This document shows positions 48,722 to 56,923 of a DNA stretch of 64,000 nucleotides, in pieces. A program made the translations under genes and the position numbers. The stretch is from Bacteroidota bacterium (GTDB lineage: Bacteria > Bacteroidota > Bacteroidia > UKL13-3): positions 246,490 through 310,489 of the forward strand of contig JAIYAT010000020.1 in the NCBI GenBank assembly GCA_027488905.1, read 5' to 3'. The notes under the pieces are model-generated. The model saw nothing but the letters and a program-made list of their open reading frames with translations, searched no databases and had not been told where the DNA came from. The first letter of the stretch is position 1; every line of letters starts with the position of its first letter.

Positions 48722-50158
48722 ATGAGCAACATATCAGGCATCATAAAAAGCATTCAAAACATCATGTGGCAAGACACTGGCTTAAATGGCGATGCACAAC
48801 GCATTGAGCAATTGGGCTGGATGCTTTTTTTGAAAATATTTTCGGACAAAGACAAAGAATTAGAGTTACTAGACGACAAATACACCTCCCCCATCCCTGA
48901 TAAATTTCATTGGGTAAAAGAAAAAGGAAATTGGGCAGGTGATGATGAAGGAATGACAGGCGATGAATTGTTGGAGTTTGTAGACAGACAATTGTTTCCT
49001 GCCCTGCGCAATTTGGATTTGAGCACAGGGAACCAACGTGCAGTGATCGTACGAGAGGTTTTTGAAGGCAATAACAACTATATGAAAAGCGGCATCAACA
49101 TTCGCAAGGTGTTGAACAAGCTCAACGAAATTGATTTTAACATTGCCAAAGACCGCCATGCTTTTGGCGAATTGTATGAAACCATTTTAAAGGAATTGCA
49201 AAGTGCTGGAAAAAGTGGTGAGTTTTATACGCCACGTGCCATTACGCAGTTCATTACCGAAACCATAAATCCACAATTGGGTGAAAAAGTATTGGACCCT
49301 GCTTGCGGAACGGGCGGCTATTTGACTTGTGCCATTGAGCATTTAAAGAAACAAGCCAAAAATGTGCAAGAACGCAAAAGCATTGAAGACAATATTGCAG
49401 GTTGGGAATACAAACCTTTACCCTATCTGCTGGCAACAACCAATCTCATTTTACACGACATAGAAATACCCAACATCAAATTTGGCGATGCCTTAGACCA
49501 ACCCTTGAGTAACTTTACCGAAAAGCATCGGGTAAATGTAATATTGGCAAATCCACCATTTGGTGGCATTGTAGCCAATAACAACGAAACTAATTTCCCA
49601 CAAACGTATCGTACCAAGGAAAGTGCCGACTTGTTTTTGATCCTAATGATTCATTTACTAAAACAAGATGGACGAGCAGGAATTGTATTGCCCGATGGCA
49701 GTTTAACAGGCGATGGCGTAAAGCAACGCATTCGCCAAAAATTATTGGAAGATTGCAACCTGCATACCATTATCCGTTTGCCTAATTCTGTGTTTCAGCC
49801 TTATGCAATGGTGGCTACCAACTTATTATTTTTTGACAAAGGTTTGCCCACCAAAGACATTTGGTACTATGAGCACCGCATGCCTGAAGGTTACAAATCC
49901 TACAACAAAACAAGACCCATACAAGCCAAAGAGTTTGAACCCATAACCCAATGGTGGAACAAGCGCACCGAAAGCGATATTGCCTGGAAAGTAAATATTA
50001 AAACCATCATCCAAAGAGGCTATGATTTGGATATAAAAAACCCAACCAAACCCGAAGAGGAAAAGGAATACAACAGTGCCGAATTGATGGAAATGCTACA
50101 CACTTCATTTGAGAAAAGTAATTTCTTGTTGAACCAATTAAAACAAGCGGTGAAATGA
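48722..50158 (+). CDS. hsdM: Type I restriction-modification N6-adenine DNA methyltransferase subunit
   Basis: N-terminal HsdM domain (IMWQDTGLNGDAQRIEQLGWMLFLKIF). SAM-binding LDPACGTGG. Catalytic ILANPPFG. Confidence 0.9.
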   Translation: MSNISGIIKSIQNIMWQDTGLNGDAQRIEQLGWMLFLKIFSDKDKELELLDDKYTSPIPDKFHWVKEKGNWAGDDEGMTGDELLEFVDRQLFPALRNLDLSTGNQRAVIVREVFEGNNNYMKSGINIRKVLNKLNEIDFNIAKDRHAFGELYETILKELQSAGKSGEFYTPRAITQFITETINPQLGEKVLDPACGTGGYLTCAIEHLKKQAKNVQERKSIEDNIAGWEYKPLPYLLATTNLILHDIEIPNIKFGDALDQPLSNFTEKHRVNVILANPPFGGIVANNNETNFPQTYRTKESADLFLILMIHLLKQDGRAGIVLPDGSLTGDGVKQRIRQKLLEDCNLHTIIRLPNSVFQPYAMVATNLLFFDKGLPTKDIWYYEHRMPEGYKSYNKTRPIQAKEFEPITQWWNKRTESDIAWKVNIKTIIQRGYDLDIKNPTKPEEEKEYNSAELMEMLHTSFEKSNFLLNQLKQAVK

Positions 50159-51462
50159 GATTAGAATTTATTGAATTGCCTTTTCTCAGTTTAGGAACAT
50201 CAGGCAAGATTAGAACAGGTTCTGGCTTTAATTCTAGTGATTTTACAACTGAGGGAGTTCCCCTTATAAAAATTGGCAATATCAAAAACAACTTAATAGA
50301 TATCAATGATTGCTCATTTATTTCAGAAAACAAGAAGAAAATAAACTTAACCAAAGAAGATGATTTGTTAATTGCAATGCGAGGAGCCACAAGTGGTAAA
50401 CTTGGTATTGTTTCTAGCCAATTTGCTGACTGCTTTTATGTTGGAAGTATTGGTAATCTTGGAAAAATAAATGAAAAATTGATTTATCGTCCATTTATAA
50501 AATATATTGAACAACAATTATATGATATATTAAAGACCGAAGCAAAAGGAACTGCTACTCCAATGGTTTCAATTGGAATGTTAGAAAAATTCAAATTAAT
50601 TATTCCCAAAACGAAGGAACAACAAGAATATTTATTTGAACTTCTTGAAAGCAGAAAAAGACAAGTTGGCAAACTCTCCACCGAACTCACCCACCAACTC
50701 ACCCTCGTAAAAAAGCTCCGACAGCAATTATTGCAAGATGCAGTGCAAGGCCGTTTCGACTTCGCTCAGGGACCAGAGGAAGACGAACCAGCAAGTGAAT
50801 TGCTAAAAAAGATAAAAGCCGCCCTTCGACAAGCTCAGGGTACGAAAAAAATTAAAGAACTACCACCCATCAAACCCGAAGAAATTCCATTTGAAATACC
50901 TGAAAATTGGGTATGGTGTAGGTTGGGGGAGATAATCACACTAATATCTGGTCAAGACCTAACTCCTTCTGAGTACTCTGACAAAGACAATTTCGGTCTA
51001 CCTTATGTCACAGGTGCAAGTAATTTAGATAAGGGTAATGTAATTTTAAATAGATGGACGAATAATCCAAAATCAATTGCAATTGAAAGTGATTTATTAT
51101 TGACATGTAAAGGTTCAGGTGTTGGGAAAATGGCGATATTAAAAGAGAAGAAGGTGCATATTGCCCGACAAATAATGGCTCTACGAAGTAGCTTCATACC
51201 AAATGAATTTTTAAAAACCTTTTTGGAACTACAGGTTGAAAACTTCAGAGGGAAAGCTAAAAGCTTAATTCCTGGTATTGATAGAGATATTGTATTGACT
51301 TTAACATTTCCGCTTCCTCCATTAGCCGAACAACACCGCATCGTTCAAAAATTAGATGAATTGATGCAGTATTGCAATGAGATGGAAGCAAGCATCAAAC
51401 AAAGCCAAGCGCAAAATGAGAAGTTATTGCAACAGGTTTTGAGGGAGGCGTTGAGGAAATAA
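50155..51462 (+). CDS. hsdS: Type I restriction-modification specificity subunit
   Basis: 4-bp overlap with hsdM. Two target-recognition domains separated by conserved helical spacers (…LVKKLRQQLLQDAVQG… and C-terminal …LAEQHRIVQKLDELM…QVLREALRK). Confidence 0.85.
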   Translation: MRLEFIELPFLSLGTSGKIRTGSGFNSSDFTTEGVPLIKIGNIKNNLIDINDCSFISENKKKINLTKEDDLLIAMRGATSGKLGIVSSQFADCFYVGSIGNLGKINEKLIYRPFIKYIEQQLYDILKTEAKGTATPMVSIGMLEKFKLIIPKTKEQQEYLFELLESRKRQVGKLSTELTHQLTLVKKLRQQLLQDAVQGRFDFAQGPEEDEPASELLKKIKAALRQAQGTKKIKELPPIKPEEIPFEIPENWVWCRLGEIITLISGQDLTPSEYSDKDNFGLPYVTGASNLDKGNVILNRWTNNPKSIAIESDLLLTCKGSGVGKMAILKEKKVHIARQIMALRSSFIPNEFLKTFLELQVENFRGKAKSLIPGIDRDIVLTLTFPLPPLAEQHRIVQKLDELMQYCNEMEASIKQSQAQNEKLLQQVLREALRK

Positions 51463-51486
51463 CCAGTTGAGGTTTAAAAAAAATAT

Positions 51487-52092
51487 ATGCCAATATCAGT
51501 TCAAAAATTAGAAGACACCTTTCAATTAAAATATTTAAAAAGTATTAAATGGGGGAGCACATTTGTTGAAAATAAAAATGGTGTCTATATTATATCTTCG
51601 AGTAAAGACAAAGATTTCTTACCTAAGCATGATGTTGAGATTGTTATCAATGATAAACAGATTGATTTATGGTTAGCTAATGCACCAAACATACTTCTAA
51701 ATGAAAAGACACCTTCCAAAACAGATTTAATAAATCAGCTAAAGAATTTTTGGTTACCTGATGAAACAATACTTTATATAGGAAAAGCTGAAAAGCAAAC
51801 ATTATCAGAAAGAATAGGTCAGTTCTTCAATCATAAATTTGGCAAAAAAAGCCCTCATAAAGGTGGTTATTGGTTAAAACTTTTAAAAAATATAAATGAC
51901 CTTAACATTCATCTATATGAAACTAAGGAATCCCACATTATTGAAGAAGAAATCTTAAAAAAGTTTATAGAACAAGTCTCGGAACCAACAAAATTAAAAT
52001 TAATTGATAAGAACTTATATTTACCATTTGCAAATTTGCAATTACGCTCTGGAGTAATTAAATCACATGGACTTAAATATCATTACCAATGA
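51487..52092 (+). CDS. Hypothetical protein (possible divergent GIY-YIG-like nuclease)
   Basis: 201 aa, 25 bp after hsdS. Carries GVYIIS ... ILYIGKAEKQTLSERIGQFFNH, reminiscent of GIY ... YIG-x-NLxxRlxxH, but the GIY-YIG spacing is much longer than canonical, so this is weak. Confidence 0.3.
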   Translation: MPISVQKLEDTFQLKYLKSIKWGSTFVENKNGVYIISSSKDKDFLPKHDVEIVINDKQIDLWLANAPNILLNEKTPSKTDLINQLKNFWLPDETILYIGKAEKQTLSERIGQFFNHKFGKKSPHKGGYWLKLLKNINDLNIHLYETKESHIIEEEILKKFIEQVSEPTKLKLIDKNLYLPFANLQLRSGVIKSHGLKYHYQ

Positions 52093-52181
52093 AATGTATA
52101 AAATGTAAAATAAAGTGAAACAGAAATTAATAGGAATTGCCTGAGTTTACAAAAGTGGAGTTGACAAAATAAAAATAGCCT

Positions 52182-53279
52182 ATGAATAATAAACAAGCAA
52201 ACATATGTTTTTTATTGGGAGCCGGAGCTAGCTACCAGGCCTTGCCAGTTGTAAATGAGATTCCTAGAGAACTAGAAAAGATGATGGAATTTATTGTGAT
52301 TTTTGAGTTAAACAAATCTGCTCTAACCTATGATCCAATAAGAGACCAGTTAAATAATTTTTATTCAAAGTTAGAAGAAATAAAAAAGCACAGTTCTATA
52401 GATACATTAGCAAGGAAGTATTGGCTAAAAAGAGAAACATGTGAACATGGTACAAGCGAATATGTTTATTGGAATAAAGAATATGAATACATCAAAAGGA
52501 TTATAAGTTGTTTATTAACCTACCGTCGCTTAACTATAACTACATTATCTGATAATTTTTCAAATGAAATTACAACATTTGATAACAAGCAAAGGATGGC
52601 CTTTAAGCTTGATCCAAGATATGATAGTTTATTGGCATCTATACTAACCCCTAAGTTGCGCTTGCCAGAAAACATTAGCATTATATCTTGGAATTATGAT
52701 TTACAATTAGAACAGGCCTTTTCCTTTTATGAAGGCCAATCCGATTTAATTGAAGTTGGAAAGAAATTAAACATAGGTTACGAAACCCATGAGGAAAGTT
52801 CAATTATTAAATTAAATGGAACTGCTTGGTTTAATCCAGCAGGTTCAATACAGGCGTTTTATGAATACAACACAGAATCACATAACGTATTTTGGAATGC
52901 ATTAAAAGATTCTCACGATCCTAACATAAAAACAGGGATTAAGTTTTCTTGGGAACAGGACGAAATAATTTCACATTATAGAGAACTTGCAGCAAAAAAA
53001 ATAACTGAGGCAGACTTTGTTATTGTAATTGGGTATTCTTTTCCAATTTTTAATAGAGAAACAGATATTCAAATATTTTCAAAATTACCATCAAGTGCTA
53101 AATTAATCATACAAGGTCCTGAAGAACAAGGAAACAGAATTGTGAGTCAAATGGACAGTATTAAGAAAGGTTTGAGTAAAAAAACGAGTGTCGTTTCCAA
53201 CCTTGACCAATTTTACTTACCTAACGAATATTGGCAACCAAATAACTTGAGTTCAGCTAAAATCTATTCAGTTTTTTAA
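52182..53279 (+). CDS. SIR2-like (SIR2_2 / PF13289-type) domain protein, candidate NADase defence effector
   Basis: N-terminal ICFLLGAGASYQA (xLGAGAS NAD-binding). IISWNYDLQLEQAF (NYD motif). C-terminal DFVIVIGYSFPIFN (IGYS motif). At the position of the usual KLHGS catalytic His the sequence reads KLNGT. Confidence 0.6.
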   Translation: MNNKQANICFLLGAGASYQALPVVNEIPRELEKMMEFIVIFELNKSALTYDPIRDQLNNFYSKLEEIKKHSSIDTLARKYWLKRETCEHGTSEYVYWNKEYEYIKRIISCLLTYRRLTITTLSDNFSNEITTFDNKQRMAFKLDPRYDSLLASILTPKLRLPENISIISWNYDLQLEQAFSFYEGQSDLIEVGKKLNIGYETHEESSIIKLNGTAWFNPAGSIQAFYEYNTESHNVFWNALKDSHDPNIKTGIKFSWEQDEIISHYRELAAKKITEADFVIVIGYSFPIFNRETDIQIFSKLPSSAKLIIQGPEEQGNRIVSQMDSIKKGLSKKTSVVSNLDQFYLPNEYWQPNNLSSAKIYSVF

Positions 53280-53395
53280 GATTCAATTTAAGTTAAATTA
53301 ATAGAATTTATATATTCTAAGGAAATACAAGAAACAATTTCATTGATAGTAGTTAATTTAGCGAAAAATATTAGAAATGGAAATAGATTTATAAA

Positions 53396-53740
53396 GATAT
53401 TGGGGGCAGAGGGTCGAAATGTTACGTTTTGCAAAATTTTACCACGTCTAGGAAATACGCTAGCTGGGAAAGTCAATACTATTTTCCAAATTTTCCTGTA
53501 AAGGAAACAATGAGGAAAGTGTTATCAACAGATTAATAACTGTTGAAGCCTTGAAGTTGTGTTTGCGGATGTATTTTCTGAGCATATATAATGTGTTTAT
53601 GGATTTAAGTACAAAGATAACAATTTCTATACCTGAATTGAGTAGCGTTGCCTCCCTTATAAAAGGGTTAAAGCTTCGACAGAGCATGTACATTTCAAAC
53701 CTGCTACATACTATTTTACTAGTATCTGCCCCCTTTTTTT
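53396..53740 (+). ncRNA. Candidate structured ncRNA (retron msr/msd-like or DRT-associated) between the SIR2 and RT genes
   Basis: A ~470-bp non-coding gap. The GC-rich 9-nt inverted repeat GGGGGCAGA (53402-53410) / TCTGCCCCC (53725-53733) brackets ~315 nt and ends 18 nt before the RT start codon, like retron a1/a2 repeats. Internal hairpins include ttttcctgtaaaggaaa and cccttataaaaggg. The small ORFs 53288..53742 look spurious. Confidence 0.3.
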
Positions 53741-53751
53741 AACTTGATAAA

Positions 53752-55275
53752 ATGGAATTAGAAAAGTGGTTTAAAACAAAAAAGTATCCTCATATAGGTT
53801 TACCAATAACAATCAAAGATTATTATTGGGTAAAAGAATATGTTGAAAATTTTGATAAAGTTCGATGCCATAGTTTTCTTCCATTAATACATAAAATTAT
53901 TTTACAAAGAAGATTCAGAGCAGACAATTCTTTACCAGATAGAAACCCAAGTGGAAAGAGGAAAAGATTTATTGACAAGCCAAAAGTTCGAGATATTTTC
54001 TTCGCTTCACATTTAGATTCTTTAGTATTTTCAAAGTACAACGAAATATTGGCAACTGCATATGAAAGTTATATTGAAAATAAGAATTTCAATGAATCTG
54101 TAGTTGCATACCGAAAAATTTCAATTTCAAAGGGTTCTGAAAATAATAAATGCAACATTGATTTTGCAAAAACTACTTTTGAATTTATTCAAAAGAACAA
54201 TACAAAAAATCTTACTGCTATTGTTTCAGACGTTACTGATTTTTTCCCAAGTCTGAATCATAAAATCTTAAAAAAACAATGGACAAGTGTTTTAAACGAA
54301 ACTACTTTACCCAAAGACCATTATAATATATTTAAGGCTATAACTAATATCAAATACATTGAAGGCGACCAGTTATTTGAAAGTTATGGCAAAACTATGA
54401 TTGTTGAAAATGGTGTTCCAAACTCTTCAACTAAAACTACTTTTAAAAGGAAGGAAATAAAAAGTAGTAAACATTTTAAAGAAAAAAATTCCGTTGCTTA
54501 TTGTGAAAAGGATGAATTCCTAAAGAACAATTTAAATTTAATTAAATCAAAAAACAACATAGTTGGAATACCTCAAGGAAGTCCAATCAGTGCAACATTG
54601 GCAAATATCTATATGTTGGAGTTTGATCAAGAAATATTTGATATTGTTTCTTCAATTGGTGGATTTTACCAAAGATATAGTGATGATTTAATTATTATTT
54701 GTGAGCAACAATTTGAAGATGATATTATTAAACTAATCAGAGATAAAATTGATAACCTTGTTGATTTGAAAATAGAACCAAAAAAGACTAAGATCTTTCG
54801 TTTTGAGGAAGTAAAAGGTAAATTTATTGGATTTGAAATTGATGAAAAAACTAAAGCACCAAATCATAATAAAACACTGGCTTATTTAGGATTCTCATTT
54901 GACGGACAAAGGGTTTTGATAAAAACTTCTGGTTTTTCAAAGTTCTATAGAGCAATGAAAAGCTCGTTTAAAAAATCAACTTCTTTAGCAATACATAGTA
55001 AAAATCCCGACAGAAGTTTATTCAAGTCAAGGCTATACAAGCGATTTACCCATAGAGGAGCAAAACGAAAACTTATTTATAGACCATCAAAGGCAGACAA
55101 AAAAGTTTATGAAAAAACGAAAGAGTATTATTGGGGAAATTATCTTAGCTATATAAACAAAGCAAATGAATCAATGAAATCAATAAACGGTGACAATATT
55201 ATCAAAAGGCAAAGCAGAAAGTTTTGGAAGAAATTTAATGACTTAATGAAATTTCATGAATCAAGACTTAAATAA
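53752..55275 (+). CDS. Reverse transcriptase (defence-associated / retron-like RT)
   Basis: RT motif 1-2 RKRFIDKPKVRDIFFASHLDSLV. Motif 3 AIVSDVTDFFPSLNH. Motif 4 GIPQGSPISATLANIYMLEFD. Motif 5 YQRYSDDLIIIC (YxDD). Motifs 6/7 LKIEPKKTKIFRF. About 90 aa insertion between motifs 3 and 4. C-terminal ~140 aa extension. Confidence 0.85.
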   Translation: MELEKWFKTKKYPHIGLPITIKDYYWVKEYVENFDKVRCHSFLPLIHKIILQRRFRADNSLPDRNPSGKRKRFIDKPKVRDIFFASHLDSLVFSKYNEILATAYESYIENKNFNESVVAYRKISISKGSENNKCNIDFAKTTFEFIQKNNTKNLTAIVSDVTDFFPSLNHKILKKQWTSVLNETTLPKDHYNIFKAITNIKYIEGDQLFESYGKTMIVENGVPNSSTKTTFKRKEIKSSKHFKEKNSVAYCEKDEFLKNNLNLIKSKNNIVGIPQGSPISATLANIYMLEFDQEIFDIVSSIGGFYQRYSDDLIIICEQQFEDDIIKLIRDKIDNLVDLKIEPKKTKIFRFEEVKGKFIGFEIDEKTKAPNHNKTLAYLGFSFDGQRVLIKTSGFSKFYRAMKSSFKKSTSLAIHSKNPDRSLFKSRLYKRFTHRGAKRKLIYRPSKADKKVYEKTKEYYWGNYLSYINKANESMKSINGDNIIKRQSRKFWKKFNDLMKFHESRLK

Positions 55276-55468
55276 AGTGCCAATGCCAAAGCCATACATT
55301 TGCAAACCACAAAAGCCAGCCTTAATGCCAAAGCAACAAGGTAACGTACTCCTTCCCAACCGCAATACAGGATAAATTGAAGGCGAGTCTTTAATAAAAC
55401 CTGAAAGTATTGTAGTTGAATTAAAAAAAATAATATTTAAATTCATTACTTGCAATTTTTTATTTCTT

Positions 55469-56116
55469 TTGATTTTAAATCCTCATTATAATAAAGCAAT
55501 GACAAACAGGTCAGAAACCCTATGGGATAAGTCAAATATCTCCTTACTAAATTACCAAAAATTCATCAACAAAAAAGCAGATAAGTACCAACTTACAATT
55601 ATAGATTTGTTTTACATTTCTAACTTTAAAGGTGGGAATTCTACCATCAATGAAAGTGAAGAATTGATAAATAAGAAATTATTAAAATATAGTGAGCAAA
55701 TGAGGGAAATAGATAGTGATTTTGGTTCAACGCACCTTAAAGAACTTTCTAATGAATCACTGAATTCATTATGCAGGCAGGCAAAAGATATTCTGAAGAA
55801 TGGAGATGAAAATGATTTTGCCATAGATGGCTTTAAATCTTCCTTTATCGCTACTTTATTGCATGTGTATTTCCCAAATTTACTGCCAATACTAGATAGA
55901 AGGCTTTTGATAAACCTTGGTTTGGTAGAAGGAAGTGACCTAAACAATGCAAGACAAGTAAAAAATATTGGTGAATTTTACGAAAGGCTGATTAGGAAAT
56001 TTTACGATATCCAAGTTCAATCAGATAAATCAATTAGAGAAATTGATAGAGAATTTTTTATTATACAATTGCCAGATTGGGCAACAAAACCTAACAACTC
56101 AAAAAATGATGAATGA
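55469..56116 (+). CDS. Hypothetical protein downstream of the RT
   Basis: 215 aa, very AT-rich ORF with no recognisable motifs. Possible accessory component of the RT locus. Confidence 0.35.
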   Translation: MILNPHYNKAMTNRSETLWDKSNISLLNYQKFINKKADKYQLTIIDLFYISNFKGGNSTINESEELINKKLLKYSEQMREIDSDFGSTHLKELSNESLNSLCRQAKDILKNGDENDFAIDGFKSSFIATLLHVYFPNLLPILDRRLLINLGLVEGSDLNNARQVKNIGEFYERLIRKFYDIQVQSDKSIREIDREFFIIQLPDWATKPNNSKNDE

Positions 56117-56399
56117 TTACAGGAAGTTTTTATTAGAAGCTATCAAAGGACTTAAAGAGTCGCAGGAACTAATTTTTTCCAATGCCATTAACGTGGCAAT
56201 GAGTAGCGAGATGAAAGAATACGATGAACTTTTTGAATTGGGCGATAAATATGTATTTGACATCAAACAATTTGAAGATTCAAAAGATGCCAATGTTCAA
56301 CATTTAGTTACTTTGGTTAAATCTTTAAATTCGACATGTGATTCAATTATTAATATTAATGCGATCACAGATGAGGAACTTGAATCGATTGAAGAATAA
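56105..56399 (+). CDS. Small hypothetical acidic protein
   Basis: The likely start is MMNDYRKFLLEAIKG, overlapping the upstream stop by 11 nt (translational coupling). Internal start of ORF 56043..56399. Confidence 0.3.
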
Positions 56400-56420
56400 T
56401 TTTAATTGAAAACCTTAAAT

Positions 56421-56712
56421 AATGCCCCAGCGGGGCAACCTGTTTGTAGAACCGAAATAATCACAATTTAATTAGCTCCGTAGGAGCGACCTGTTAATAA
56501 TTACCAACAAACAGAACGCTCCTATAGAGCTGTAAAAGCAATAATTTATAATATGCCCCATCGGGGCTAATTGTTTGTAGAACCGAATCAATCACAATTT
56601 AATTAGCTCCATAGGAGCGGCCTGTTAATAATCCCCAATAAACAGAACGCTCCTATGGAGCTTTGTTTAAATACAAATCCTTTCCTACAAACAGGATGCT
56701 CCTATGGAGCTT
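56421..56712. repeat. Two tandem ~113-bp hairpin-rich repeat units (56421-56532 and 56552-56665) plus a partial third (56681-56712)
   Basis: The units are about 85% identical. Each contains the GC hairpins gcccc(a/t)(g/t)cggggc and (a/c)gctcc(g/a)taggagc(g) / cgctcctat(a/g)gagc, and the inverted pair ctgtttgtag...caaacag. Confidence 0.85.
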
Positions 56713-56923
56713 TTAAAAACGCATCTTACACGGTTTATTACCTATTGTTTCAGCCCACAACCACCCCAAAACCTTTGGTAGAAACTGTTTGGTTCAAACA
56801 AATTGGCGCTTTAGCTTTTCACATTTCTATGATTTAATTTTCAGGTTTTTAGGACAGTGAGAGGAGCGGTTTTAGCAATCTAGCTTAATTTGCATTAGGG
56901 GCAATTGTAAGAAGTCCATGGTC

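Noticed and set aside
53288-53742. Small ORFs (62, 77 and 63 aa) in the SIR2-RT intergenic region
   Set aside because: They are low-complexity and overlap each other on both strands in a region with conspicuous RNA-like secondary structure. A structured ncRNA is the better explanation.
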